This document shows, in pieces, positions 16,921-33,188 of a stretch of DNA of 64,000 bases. This DNA is from the human T2T-CHM13v2.0 reference genome, Homo sapiens. Location: NCBI RefSeq assembly GCF_009914755.1, contig NC_060926.1; one strand, 5' to 3'. The notes beneath the pieces are model-generated. The model had not been told where the DNA came from and made no database searches. It saw only the letters and a program-made list of their open reading frames with translations. The position numbers and the translations under genes are program-made. Numbering within the stretch: position 1 is the first letter of the stretch; every line of letters starts with the position of its first letter.

Positions 16921-18582
16921 AGGCAAAATTATTTTTAATTGAACATGAAGTTGTGGATATTATGTTATTAAAGATTAACTATTTTCCCGGGTTTAGTGAT
17001 TATCTTTATTGATCAGGAAAAAAAAAATAAACTCACATTGTTGGGATAATCTAAAAATAACATCATGATATTACAGCATACCATGAAGAAGTTAACTCTA
17101 AAGGCCTACAGTATATAATAGTTTGAGTTTGGAATCTTTTTTTTGTGTCATGCATAACTCAAACTTTGCATATCACCTTCTTCTTAATCTCCAGTGAGTA
17201 ACTGCTTTATAGTTTCAGACTCCAAGTTAGGTCAGAATACTCAATATCAAATACTTTTGATAATACCACAAAATTTACCAAAGACATAGATATTTTAAAA
17301 ACAAGGAAACAAACAGAAATCTTAGAACTCAATAACTCAATGGATGATATAAAAAATACAAATGAGAACTTCAGCAATAAAGTAGATCAAGCAAAATAAT
17401 GAATTTCTGAACTTGAAGACAGGTCTTCTGAAATAACCCAGTCAGACAAACAAAAGAAAAAATAAAAAAGAATGAAGAAAACCTTTATGACATATGGGAC
17501 ACATTAAAATGATTACATATTTGAATTTCATGTGTTCCAGATGGGGAAGAGATGAGCAAAGGCATAGAAAACCTATTTAATAAAGTAAGACCTGAAAGCT
17601 TCTCAAGTCTGGCAAAAGGTTTAGACATCTAGATATAGAAAGCTTAACAATCACCAAACAGAATCAACCCAAAAAGGTCTTCTTCATCGTATAGTATGGT
17701 CAAACTGTCAAAAGTAAAAGATAAAAAGAGAATTCTGAAAACAGCAAGAGAAAAGTAGCAAGTCACATATAAGGGAGAACCTCCATCAAGCCATCAGTTG
17801 ATTTATCAGCAAAAATCATACAGGCTGGGAGAAAATGAGATGATACATTCAAAGTACTAAAAGAAAAAAAACACTTCTAGCCAAGAATACTGTACCTAGA
17901 AAAGCTATTCTTCAAAAATGAAAGAGAAATGAAGTCTTCTCAGACAAGCAAAAACATAAAATTAGTCACCATTAGACTGGTTCTACACAAAATGATTAAG
18001 GGAGCCCTACACCTGGAAGTGAAAGGACCACATCTACCATCATGAAAAAACATGAAAGTTTAAAACTCATTGGTAGAGCAGACAAGTAAATGAAAAAGAG
18101 AAAAGACTCAAGTGTTAACCACTACAGAAAACCACCAAACTGCAATGATAAACAATGAGAGAGAAAGAAAGGAAAAAATGATGTACACAACAACCAGAAA
18201 ACAATTAACAAAATGACAGGAATAAGTCCTCACCTATCAATAACTACCTTAAATGTAAATGAATTAAATTTCCCACTTAAAAGATACAGACTGGATTAAT
18301 AGGTACAACAACAATGAAATGACCCAATTATATGCTGCCCACAAGAAACTCACTTCACTAGTAAATACATTTATTACCTGAAAGTGAAGGAATAGAAAAA
18401 GCTATTCTATACAAATGGAAACCAAAAATGAACAGAAGCAACTATAATTATATCAGATAAAATAGACTTTAAGTCAAAAACAAAAAAAAGACACAAAGAA
18501 GATCTTTATAAAATGATAAAAGGATCAATTCATCAAAAGTCTATAAAAATTCTAAATACACATGCACCCAATTTCAGAGCAT

Positions 18583-18629
18583 GCATATATATATGTGTAT
18601 ATATATATGTGTATGTATATATGTGTATG

Positions 18630-18675
<46 letters not shown>
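18583..18675. repeat. Compound (TA)n/(TG)n microsatellite replacing an Alu tail
   Basis: Direct reading. Lies between the TSD CAGAGCA and the Alu body. Confidence 0.9.
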
Positions 18676-18676
<1 letters not shown>

Positions 18677-18954
18677 TTGATACAGGTTCTCACTGTCACT
18701 CAGTCTGGGGTGCAGTGGCATGATCATGGCTTACTGCAGCTTCAACCTTCCTGGGCTCAGGTGATCCTCCCACCTCCTCCCAAGTATCTGGGATTACAGG
18801 CATGCATCATCATGCCCAGCTAATTTTTGTACTTTGGTAGGGATGAAGTGTTGCCATGTTGCCCAGGATGGTGTCAAACTCCCGGGCTCAAGTGATCCAA
18901 CTGCCTCAGCCTCCCAAAGTGCTGGATTACAGGCATGAGCCAACATGCCTGACC
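18676..18954 (-). mobile_element. AluJ SINE inserted in L1MA ORF2
   Basis: AluJ body. CAGAGCA TSD flanks the Alu plus microsatellite. Confidence 0.9.
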
Positions 18955-21900
18955 CAGAGCACCCATAAATATATAGCAACTATTTATTAGTTCTAAATAA
19001 TGAAATAAACTCCAATATGAAAATAATTGGGGATTTCAACACTGCTTTCTCAGCATTAGACAGATTATCTAGAAAGAAAATCAACAGGGAAGCATTGGAT
19101 TTAACTTGTACTTTAGACTAAATGGATCTAACAGATATTTACAGAATTTTTTTTAATTGCTGCAGAATACACATTGTTCTCATCAGCACACAGAACTTTG
19201 CTGGGATAGATCATACATTAGGCCACAAAAAAAAGTGGGAACAAATTTATAAGAATGAAAACTATATCAAATATCTTCTCAGAACACAATGGAATAAACT
19301 AGAAAAAATAAGAAGAACCTTAGAAACTATACCTATATAAATATATGAAAATTAAACTACATGCCCCTGAACAACCATTGGGTCAATAAAGAATTTAAGA
19401 AGGAGGTAAAAAACATTATTGAAACAAATGAAAACTGAAACACAATATACAAAAATCTATAGGATATAGCAAAAACAATACTAAGCAGAAAGACTGTCTG
19501 ACACACAATGTACTAAAACCTATAGGATATAGCAAAAACAGGACTAAGTGGAAAGTATATAACAAATAAGAGACACACATCGAAAAACGTAAAAAAAAAA
19601 GTCAAGTAAACAACCTTATAGTTAGCCTAAAGAATGGGAAAACAAGAACAAACTAAAGCCAAAAGTAGCAGAAGGGAAAAATAATACAGAGATCAGAGCA
19701 GAATTAAATAGAGACTAAAAAAGCACAAAGATTAATAAAAGTTTTTTAGTAAGATAAAATTGATAAACTGCTAGCTAAACAAAAAATAGAAGATCCAAAT
19801 AAATAAAATTAGAAACAAAAAAGATTTTGAAGCAGAAATTCCAAAGATATACAAAGAATCATCAGAGACTATTAACCACTATATGCTAGCAAATTGGAAA
19901 ACAGAGACAATAGATAAATTCCTAGAAATATACAACCTACCAAGATTGAACCATGAAAAAAAAGTCTAAAACCTGAATAGACCAATAACAAGTAACAAGG
20001 TTGGATCAGTAATAAACTCTCCCAACAAAGAAAGCCCAGGACTGGATGGTTTTAATTCTGAATTCTTTCAAACTTATAAAGAAGAACTAACATCCATACT
20101 TCTTAAACTACTTCAAAAATTGAAGAGTAGGGATTTTTTCCTAACTCATTCTACAATGCCAGCATTACGTAATGCAAAAACCAGAAAAGGACACAGCAAA
20201 GAAAGGAAACAACAGGCCAATATTTCTGATGAACACAGACACAAAAACCCTCAATAAAAAAACTAGCAGACCTAATCCAACAACACATTAAAAAGGTAAC
20301 ACACCATCATCAAGCAAGATTCATCCCAGAGATGGAAGGACAGTTAAATATATGCAAATCAATAAATGTGACACATCACATCAATATAATAAAGAACAAA
20401 AACCATATGACCATCTCAGTAGAAGCAGAAAAAGCATTTGATAGAATTCAACAATGCTTTATGATAAAAGTACTCAAATTAGGGAAGGGATAAACTTCAG
20501 CATAAGGTCATATATGACAGGCCCATGACTAGTATTGTAGTGAATGGGGAAAAGCTGAAAGGCTTTCCTCTAAAAATTGTAATAAGACAAAGATGCCCAC
20601 TTTTATCACTCCTATTCAGCATAGTCCTGGAAGTCCTAGACAGAACAATGAAGCAGGAGAAAGAAACAAAAGGCATTCACATTGAAAAATAGGAAGTTAA
20701 ATTGTCCCTCTTTGCAGATGACATGATCTTATATATAGTAAAACCTGAAGACTTCACCAAAAAACTCTTAATACTAATAAAATATTTCAGGAAAGTTGCA
20801 GGATAAAGAATCAATACACAAAAACCAGTAGTATTTCTCAATACCAATAACAAACCAGCTGAAAAATAAATCAAGACACCAATCCCTTTCACAATAGCTA
20901 TGAAAAAATATTTAGGAATAAGTTTAATCAAAGAGGTAAATGACCTCTACAAGAAAAACTACAAAACATTGTTGAAAGAAATTGAAGAAAACGCAAACTA
21001 ATGGAAAGACATCTCATACTCATGGATCAAAAGAATTAATATAGTAAAAATGACCATATTTCCTAAAGCATTTAACAGATTTAATGCAATCCCTATAAAA
21101 ATACCAATAAAATTCTTTACAGAAATAGAAGATATAATTTTATTAATTTGTATGGAACCACAAGAGAGCATGAATAGCCAAAGCAATCTTAAGCAAAAAG
21201 AACAGAACTTAAGCAAAAAGGGCAGAATGACTTTGAAATACACTACAGAGCTATAGTAATGAAAAAAGCATGGTACTGGTATAAAAACAGACACAGAGAC
21301 CAATAAAATATAACAGAAAACATAGAAATAAATACACATATTGGCAGCCAACTAATTTTTGACAAAGATACCAAGAACATACATTGGTGAAAGGATACTC
21401 TCTTCAATACATGGTTCTGGGAAAGCTGGATATTCATCTGCAGAAAAATGAAACTGGACCCCTATTTCTCACCATATTAAAAAATCAACTCAAAGTGGAT
21501 TAAAAGCTTAAACGTGAGATCCAAAATTATAAAACTACTAGAAGTAAACATAGTAGAAACACTTCAGGACGCTGGTTTAGGAAAAGATTTTATGACTGAG
21601 ACCTCAAAAGCACTGACAACAAAAACTTTTTTAAAATAGACAAATGGAACTGTATTAAACTAAAAAGCTTCTGCACAACAAAGGAATAATCAACAGAGTG
21701 AAGCAACAATATATGTAATGAGAAAAATATTTGCAAACTATTCATTCGACAAGAGACTAATATCCAGAATATACAAGGGACTCAACAGCAAAAACAATAA
21801 GAAAAACAAACTAATCCTATTAATACTGGGCAAAGTATCTGAATAGAAAATTCTCAAAAGAAGACATATGGCCTATAGGCCAACAAATGGCCAACGAACA

Positions 21901-22889
21901 GATATATGAAAAAAATGCTTAGCATTACTAATCATCAGGGAAATGAAAATCAAAATCATGATGAAATATTATCTTACCCCAGTTAGAATGGTTATTTTAA
22001 AAAAGATTTTAGAAAAATTACAGACTCTGGAAGGATGAGGAGAAAATAGAAGTCTTATACACTGTTTTTAGAAATGTACGTTAGTACAACCACTCTGGAA
22101 AACAGTATGGAAGCTCTTCAGAAAACTAAAAATAGAGCTACTATATGATTGAGCAATCCCACTAGTGGGTATTTATTGAAAGGAAAGGAAATCAGTATAT
22201 CAAAGGGATACCTGTACCCACATGTTTATTGCATCATTATCCACAAGAGTAAGATGTGGTGTTAACCTAAGTGTCCATTATTAGGTGAATAGATAAGAAA
22301 AATATGGTATATATACACAATGAAATACTATTCAACCATAAAATAGTAAAATCCTTTCATCCACAGCAACATGGATGGAACTGGAGGTCATTATACTAAG
22401 TGAAATAACCCAGGCACAGAAAGACAAATATCACATGTTATCACTCATATAGTAAGAGCTAAAAAAGTTGATTTCATGAAGTAGAGGGTAGAAGGATGGT
22501 TATCAGAGGCTGGAAAGGGTGTGGGGGGAGGTGAAGAGAAGTTGGTTAATGGGTACAAACATACAATTAGATAGAAGGGATAAGTTCTATTGTTAACATA
22601 GTTAATAGAAATACATTATGTTGGGGACATTTCACATATTTTCTTCTAGGTATTTTGAAATGCATATTTCAAATGCTATATGGCTTATGGAGGAATATGC
22701 ATTTGAAATGCATATTTCAAAATACCTAGAAGAAAATATCCGAAATGTTCCCAACACAATGAAATGATAAATGTTTGAGGTGATGGATTTTTAATACCTT
22801 GTTTTGATCATTATGCATCATATGCATGTATCAAAATATCACATACACCCCAAAAATGTGTGAAAATACTATGTGTTAATAAAAATGGG

Positions 22890-25450
<2,561 letters not shown>

Positions 25451-25562
25451 AACAAAAAAAGTGCAAAGCTTTTCAGTGATTCACTGTAGAAAATACAGCA
25501 ACATGTAAAAAGTTGGCTTCAAACCTCTTATTTAAACACAAAGTATTAAAACACCAAGTGTA

Positions 25563-25972
25563 TGGTGATGCCTCTCTTATCTGTAGTTTTGCTTTCCTCA
25601 GTTTCAGTTACCTACAATCAACCACATTCTGAAATATTACATGGAAAATTCCAGAAATAAACAATCATAAGTTTTAAATTGTGCACATTCTGAGTAGCTG
25701 ATGAAACCTTGTGCACACACTGCTCCATCCCCTTATCACAAGGAGACGGAGGAGTACAGTAAATAAGCTCTTTATAGAGAGACCACATTCTCATCACGTT
25801 CTTTACAGAATAGCGATGTAATTCCTCTATTGTATTAGCAGTTGTTAATCTCTTACGGGGCCTAATTTAGAAATTAAACTTTATTATAAGTGTGTGTGTA
25901 TAGGAAAAAAGCATAGTATATAACTATACGGTTTGATACTACGCACAGTTTTCAGGCATTCACTGGGAGTCT
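25563..25972 (+). mobile_element. MER44 (Tigger7-derived) DNA transposon
   Basis: CTTATCTGTAGTTTTGCTTTCC..GTTTCAGTTACC...ATGGAAAATTCCAGAAATAAACAATC. Confidence 0.75.
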
Positions 25973-28900
25973 TTTTTATATTCAAGAAATGCTTATTATT
26001 AAAGCAGAAAGGCTCAGAAGCCTCCTGAAAGCAAAGATTTGTCTTCAGATTCCACTTTTTATTATCTGTGATCTAAAAATATTATTTTCTTGTATGTCTT
26101 TAAAAATTATTATGTGCAGTATGATCTTAACTTTTAAAAACCAAATAGAAAAAGACCATGAGAAATATACAAAATGGGTGATAAGGTTTTTTTTAACCTT
26201 TTTATATTTCCCATCTTTTCTAGAATGTGGTTGTATTTCTATGATAATCAGAGAACGTAGACTTAAGAGTGTGCTCCGAACACTACTTTGTGTCCATACA
26301 TACATGCCTTGAGGAGGCAAAAATGCTGGGATGATACACAGTTTATATTAAACTGGGAACCTTGTAAGTGGTTGAAATATTTGGAGGCTTTTGCTTTCAT
26401 CTACTTTTATTCATTTCCAGTAACTTTATAAAGAGTATGTTAAAAGTACTCAATTTTTCTCGAGTTTTCAAAATGCACCCATCTGGGCACAGTGCCCTCT
26501 AGAGATCCACCTCCATTCAGAATGTTTATCTTGTGAGTGTTGCAGATCTCAGGACGAAATCACTTTTTGTCAACCCCAAAGAACCAGAGCTGGGAGAATG
26601 CAGAGTCGGGGAGCTTATGCTTGCATGTCTGAGATGAAGACTGTCTTGAAAACTTCTAAAATAACCTCACAAGTTCCTTCTTGGGGACTGCAACAATCTG
26701 AATACAATGCTTTAGAAAGAGCACCTGCCCAGTGACCTGATGCCAATTCTTGCTTTGAGTCTCTGAACCTGATGGCCTTCATCTCCAGGCAGCTCATGTG
26801 AACATCGCTGCCAGTACAGGCTCCCCCTCGCCCTCCATTCTTCGAAACACGTGTGGCTTGCGTTTTTGGTTATAATCCATTCTTCTAATTCTTGTATACA
26901 TTCAGTGTATTGGGAAATGTTTTTCTCTAATTTTTTTGATTGACAATCTTATAATAACTGTGGCATCTCATAGTAAATGCCGTGTGAGTTGGTTGGTCAG
27001 TCACATATAAATGCTACAGGATGGCTTTTGGGGGTCAGTTCTTTGGCAACTTTTGACTACATCATAAATTAAACAGAGGAAAACATGTTCTGTTTTGTTC
27101 CTCATCTAAAATTGGTTTCCACTGCCATGGATAGATGCAGATGCTTTTGCAACCCTGGAAATGCTGAGCTCTGCATTCCTGTTGGAAGCAGCAAGATTAC
27201 AAAAAGCTGACAGGTACAAGCTATAGGGTTTGTGATCAGCTGGTAGGAACATGCCTCATTATATCTGCAAGCTATTGAGTTGATGTAAGATTTGGGACCA
27301 CGATGAGAATCACGAGGCTCTGCTTTCTGCAGCACATGAACTCCCTCAGAGTGGGGTTTGCTCAAATGAGCAGCACCTACCTTGAGCTGACTTTGGAGAT
27401 GCCTGTGTGGAAGGTGGGCACAGGACCAGAAGGCCTTTCCGGGCACCCTGCACATACTCTTCTCCTAAGGAGAGGATGCTGGAGGCATTTCCTCCAATGT
27501 CAGTGCCAGCTTGTGACTGCAGAGAGCAAAGAGCTGGGTGTGCTGGGGCAGCTGGAGAGGAAGGAGCTGCAGAGGGGTAACACTGGCATGTTCCTTCTCC
27601 TTGGCCCTCAGTAGATGGGAGCATTTGACCCCGCTGAGCTAAGCATTAGCTCACAGAGACCTGACTTCTCCCCTAGCTGCTAGGTTATAGAAAATATTTT
27701 CTCCAGATTGTGCAAAATACTTTTCCAGAGGAAAGTACATTCAGTGGGACATGAAATTCAGGGTTTATCAGTGGCCTCCAAGTGAAAAGCGTCCTATGAA
27801 AGTCCACAGTCTGGAGCCAAAGCTGCACCTACAAGCTCTGCATGCAGCCTGATTTTATAAAGAAAAAATGGGTTTTCTCAGTGGGGAATTGCTTTTGATC
27901 CTACACTTTTCAAAAGTAATCTTCAACTGATTTTATGAAAGGATGCATACTATTTTGTTTATTTAAATATTGTGCATTGTATAGTAGAATCCTCTATGCA
28001 ATTTTAAGTGGTGGTTTTGCAGTATAATTCTAGTACTTCTGCAAACAGATAGCACACTGTAGCAAACCTTTGAATCAGCAACAAGGGGTACAGAGTATGT
28101 GGCTAAACACACAGCAGCATTACTAGGATGAACTCCTATGGCACAGATTTATTATTGTGCATGCAAATACCACAGTTAAAATTAAATGTATAGGGATAAT
28201 TAAAACCTTGCCACAGTATGCAGTCATTTATAATGAATTCCTACACAGGTTGCAGTAGTCTATGTAGACAAATGGTATTTCAGCAAAGCTAATATGAAAT
28301 ACACATCAGGTGATCAGAAGGTATTTCAGTGTCATTCTCGTGCATGCACCAAAGGTGAATCTCTTACCAGAAGTTAGAGCCCAACAGAAAAGGGTAACCA
28401 TGAATGAATATCTGTAAAATTCAGCTCAGAGTTCAAATGTTCCAATATTGCCACTTTTGCTATTGAGCTATTGGCCATGGAATTAATAAATATAGAGAAA
28501 CAATGTTAGGATGATAACCCAAACCCAACCTCTGGCTATGTGAGTTTTTTTTCTGCCTTCAGACACATCTGTAGATGGCGATGCCGCCTCTTCTGTATGA
28601 CGCTCCAACCTCCCTCAGTGTCCATTCCCCCATCCCACCTGCGTTGAGGGAGAGGCCTTTCATCTAAAATCCTAGGGCAGGGATGCAAAGATGATTTGAG
28701 GTGGAGGAGAATGAGAAGGGGGCTTATATATTAGCACAGACGAAAAATAAATCACACACTCTTTCTGTTAAGCGTGAGCATTGTGTAGAGAGTCGTATGG
28801 AAACCTCATCCACGTGGAAGCGAAGCCTCCAAGGTTCCAGGGATCTCATGAGAAACCCTGGGGAACCGCCCCCCGTCTCCTCTCACCGCAAACCAACCAG

Positions 28901-29312
28901 AGCCAGTTCAGCGGCACAGAACTGTTAGGGACATTATTTTTGGGCAGGTAAAGCTGACTGCAGAGGAGACTTGGGGTGGACAGGGTTGGCTCTTTAAGTG
29001 GTGGATTAACCAATGTGTAAGGTATGCATTTATAAGGAATGAAGTCTCAAATAACGTTCTAATACATAGTGAACATCCAGCAGCTTAACACTTACGAACA
29101 AGCAAGTATGAAAGACACTTCATGCCACCCTTCTGAGCCTCCAGAAAGCCCAGGTCTGTTTTCTCACGGCGCCCCTGCTTACAGAAAGTCTTCTTGCAGA
29201 CAGATGCTCGGATTCCAGGTGCAACAGTCCCTGGACCCTATGGTCCACAGAGCCCGGAGCTCAGGGCTGGTGCTTCCCGTGGACACTGAAGCAAATTAAA
29301 ACACCAGAAATG

Positions 29313-29468
29313 CCTTGTGAGTGTGGGGCTTGCCTGTGAGCGCGGGTTACACCTGTGACTGGGGCACACCTGTGAGTGTGAGGCACGCCCATGAGTGTGG
29401 GGCACACCTGTGAGTGTGAGGCACATCTGTGTGAGGCACGTCCATGAGTGTGGGGCACACCTGTGAGG
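29313..29468. repeat. Short degenerate minisatellite (GTGAGTGTGGGGCACACCT-like, ~19-20 bp)
   Basis: About 7 imperfect units read directly. Confidence 0.8.
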
Positions 29469-30659
29469 CGCGTTCTTGCCGGTCGCTGGGGCGGCAGCAC
29501 CTGGTTCATTCCCAGCGAGCCCGGCTCTGAGATCAAGATGGCTCAGAGAGCTCAGGCTCCTCTTTGAGAACGTGGAATGGGAGGTGGGTGGATCCTGTGG
29601 CCCAGAACCTACCTCCGACCCTTTCGTTGTTGGACTCTTGCGGGGCTGCTGCGTGGTGCTGTGGTGGTTGCATGGCTCCTTCACCTTCCCAGACGGGCTT
29701 CCTGTCGAGAGCCGCAGACCCGACGAGGCCTCACCACTTTTCCATCTGGGCCCGGCTCTGACCACAGCACAGAGTCGTTGCTACCGATAACAAGGCAGAC
29801 CCATGACCTGGACGCCCGTTGGAATGTCATCAGCCATTCTATCGTGTGTCTCTCGACCTAAACTCGCTGAGTGGACATTTCAGGTTGTTTTGGTTTTGCG
29901 TCTTTCTCACGGTCTCTATGCACTGAGCCCAGTGCTGTGTCTACAACTTTCCCTCCAGATTTAGGCCCCTCTTCTCCTTCTCCTTCCCTTCAGCTTCTTC
30001 TCTTTCGTGCAATTTGCAGTTGGAAAACAGCGGGAGAAAATGTCTTAAATCCGGGTAGAAGAGCACTTCTTTCTTTCCAGATCTTTCAGAAACAACCTCA
30101 CTTGCTTTTTTATCAGTTGAAATGTGTTGGACTTGAGTTCTGTGTTCCAGGTGCCTGCAGATGCCTCTCCCCGCATGCAGCCTCCTCTGCCTCTGTGACG
30201 CTTCATTCTCCTTTCTTCTGTACAGGCCCCATCGTCACCTTCCTCGCCCATAGCTAAGGACCCGAGGTATGAGAAGCGCTGGCTGGACACCTTGTCCGTG
30301 CCTCTGTCCATGGCTCGCATCTCAAGGTACAAAGCCGGAACGGAAAAATTAAGGTGTGTGACCATTGTCTGAGATGGGAAACTTTGATGAACCCCGTGCA
30401 CTTTTGCCAGTTCCTACAGGCCGCTGGTTACTCCAGAGCGCTTGACTGTGACATTAGCAAGTGTGCGTGCTGTCTTCTGGTAGATTTAGCATTTGGAATA
30501 AACAAGTTAAAGATAAAGAGAAAATGAGAAGTCAGGTATCAGAACAGTGAATTTATTACTAAGAATAGTTCTATCTAGGGCAAGGTGGCATGGTTACTTC
30601 TCATGAACCAGTCATTAGTAAAAGAAATTCTATTTTTAGTTTTAAATGCTAACAGAATT

Positions 30660-30772
30660 AGACTGGAAATAAAGACTGACTTCTTGTCCAAGTCTCAGAT
30701 GTTTTTAGAAATGCCACTTAAACTCTGTGGGCCTCTTTTTCTTCAGTAATAAAATGAGAGGGTTAGACCAGC
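30660..30772 (+). mobile_element. MIR fragment
   Basis: CACTTAAACTCTGTGGGCCTC..TTCTTCAGTAATAAAATGAGAGGGTTAGACCAG resembles the MIR core. Confidence 0.5.
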
Positions 30773-31037
30773 ACCTATGTTAAATAAATGCTAACTAGCT
30801 TGTGAGTTTGGTTAATTAAATAATTTCAAAGATGTAACTATAAAAGTTGATGTTTCTGTAGCTTTTCGAGTAGAAAAATGTATGCTTGGCTAATTGTGCT
30901 ATTTAATTACTGTGGAAAGGCCCACAAGTAATGAGTTGGTGAATTTCCTTTTTCTGTTCTTTAGACAGATGTGTAGAAATAGCAAACCTTCTGTCAGCAA
31001 AGGAATTTTTTTTAATTGAGCACTGTACTTCCCACAA

Positions 31038-31148
31038 TGTGTGTGCATCTGTGTGAATGTGTGTGGCTATAGTGTGTGTGGTCTGTGTGAATGTGTGTGG
31101 CCGTGGTGTGTGCGGTCTGTATGAATGTGTGTGGCTATAGTATGTATG
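31038..31148. repeat. Degenerate TG-rich tandem repeat (~30 bp units)
   Basis: TCTGTGTGAATGTGTGTGGC-like motif present three times. Confidence 0.7.
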
Positions 31149-31424
31149 ATGGGCAGACAGTACAACCTGAAATTCCCTTTACTGGTCCTTAAATGGAAGG
31201 AAAAGTCTAGCAAACATTGCTTTTCATGAAGCGTTAGAATTAGGTTTTCTATATTAATTGGTATTAGCTGTACAGCCTCTCACAAAGGATGTTCATGTTT
31301 GCGGAAGGATGTTTATGATCCCATTGCAGGAACAGGGACAGTAAGCTTGATTTTCAGATTTGTGCCCATCTTTGGTAAAGAGAGACAAACCTAGTAAAAG
31401 ATGTGTGTATTGCTAGAGAAATGG

Positions 31425-31516
31425 AAAGACAGGTAGGTGAATATGGGTGGATAGATAGATGATAGATAAAGTGGATGGATGGATGGATAGGTAGATAGAC
31501 AGACAGACAGATAGAT
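31425..31516. repeat. (GATA)/(GGAT)/(GACA) compound microsatellite
   Basis: Direct reading. Confidence 0.85.
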
Positions 31517-31523
31517 AATATTC

Positions 31524-32140
31524 TGCATAATAATATTTTGGTCAAGGACAGACCACATATGCCATGGTGGTCCCATTAGATTGTAAAGGAGCTGAAAATC
31601 CCTACTGCCTGGTGACATCAACCATCGTAACCTCACAGTGAAAGATATGACTCACGTGTTTGTGGTGATGCTGACGTAGACAAACCTACTGCACTGCCAA
31701 TCATATAAAAGGAAACAGTAATGTCCTGGACCTTCACATTCACTCACTCCTCACTCATGGCTTCACCCAGAACAACTTCCAGTCCTGAAGGCTCTATTCA
31801 TGGTGAGTTTCCTGCACAGGTGTGTCATTTTTTAACTTTTATACCCTATTTTTACTTTCACTTTTCTAAGTTTAGATGTGCTTAGATACACAGATACTTG
31901 GTTTTGTGTATTTAGATACACAAATACGATTGTGTTACAGTTGTGTAAGTATTCAGCATAGTCGCATGCTGTACTGGTTTGTAGCCTAGGACCAATAGGC
32001 TATACCATGTAGCCTAGGTGTGTTGTAGCCTGTATCATCTAGGTTTCTGTAAGTGCACCCTACGATGTAAACACAATGACAAAATCACCTAATGACACAG
32101 CTCTCAGAATGTATCCCCATCATTAAGTAACATCTGACTG
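31524..32140 (+). mobile_element. Tigger3-family (Golem) DNA transposon derivative
   Basis: GGTCAAGGACAGACCACATATG..GGTGGTCCCATTAGATT; 3' TIR GTATCCCCATCATTAAGTAACATCTGACTG followed by TA. Confidence 0.85.
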
Positions 32141-32598
32141 TAGATATATAGATGATTTATTGCAGTCATAGAGGGGCTGAAATATAGATAGATTACAGAG
32201 ATACAGATAGATGGATAGGTAAATAGCCATTTGTAAAATATAGCAGAATGTTTTAACAGTTCGTGCTCTAACTGTGAATTCCTTTTAAAGTGTGTGCTTG
32301 TGGCTTTCTTACAACATGTTTCTTTGGTTTGGGGTTAATTTGGGAACAAAGTAGAGATCTGGGCATGTATCTCTCTTGACAAAGAGGGAAATAGTGCATG
32401 AAATGACATTTGTCTATTAGCGTATTTGAATTAAATGGGTTTTTAGAAAAATAGAGCCACTGAACTTCATTACACACTTCCTAGCCCATCTGCCATTGAA
32501 TGTGATGAAGATTGGCTGTTCTAGCTTTGGTTTAAGGATGAATTCAGGTCATAAGATGGAAATGTCTCCTACTCTGAGGACAGGATAGGGTCTCTACT

Positions 32599-32962
32599 TG
32601 TATTAGTCCATTTTCATACTACTGTGTAGAAAAACCTGAGACTGGGTAATTTATAAAGAAAAAGAGGTTTAATGGACTCACAGTTCTACATGACTGGGGA
32701 GGCCTCACAATCATGTCAGAAGGCAAAGGAGGAGCAAAGGCATGTCTTACATGGCGGCAGGGAAGAGCATGTGTGCAGGGAAACTGCCCTTTATAAAACC
32801 ATCAGATCTCGTGATTCTTATTCACTACCATGAGAACAGCATGGAAAAAACCCACCCCCATGATTCAATTACCTCCCACCAGGTCCCTCCCATGACACGT
32901 GGGAATTATGGGAGCTACAATTCAAGATGAGATTTGGGCAAGAGTACAACCAAACCATATCA
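32599..32962 (-). mobile_element. THE1 solo LTR (THE1C-like)
   Basis: TGTATTAGTCC...CCAAACCATATCA. Near-TSD CTACT/CTAGT. Confidence 0.9.
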
Positions 32963-33188
32963 CTAGTAATTCTTAACTAAATGCAGACTTGATAACCCAT
33001 TCTGGCAGCTTGAGAACATGTAGAAACACATGTGTTATTCTTGGTGACAAAATATTTTGACCCACTAAGCCATTCATACCACAATCATTGGGATAAATAC
33101 ATGACATCCAGGAGAATGAAATGGAACCCAAGAAGTCAGCCGACTGCCTGAGCCTCAGATTGTTTCTGTTACAAAAGCTATCACACAC

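Larger units (their letters stand above)
17265..22885 (+). mobile_element. L1MA (about L1MA3/4) LINE-1, ~5.3 kb: ORF1 3' half, decayed ORF2 and 3'UTR
   Basis: ORF1 and ORF2 homology including the RT motif TTTGCAGATGACATG (FADD, ~20711). L1MA-type 3'UTR ending AATAAAAA. Confidence 0.88.
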
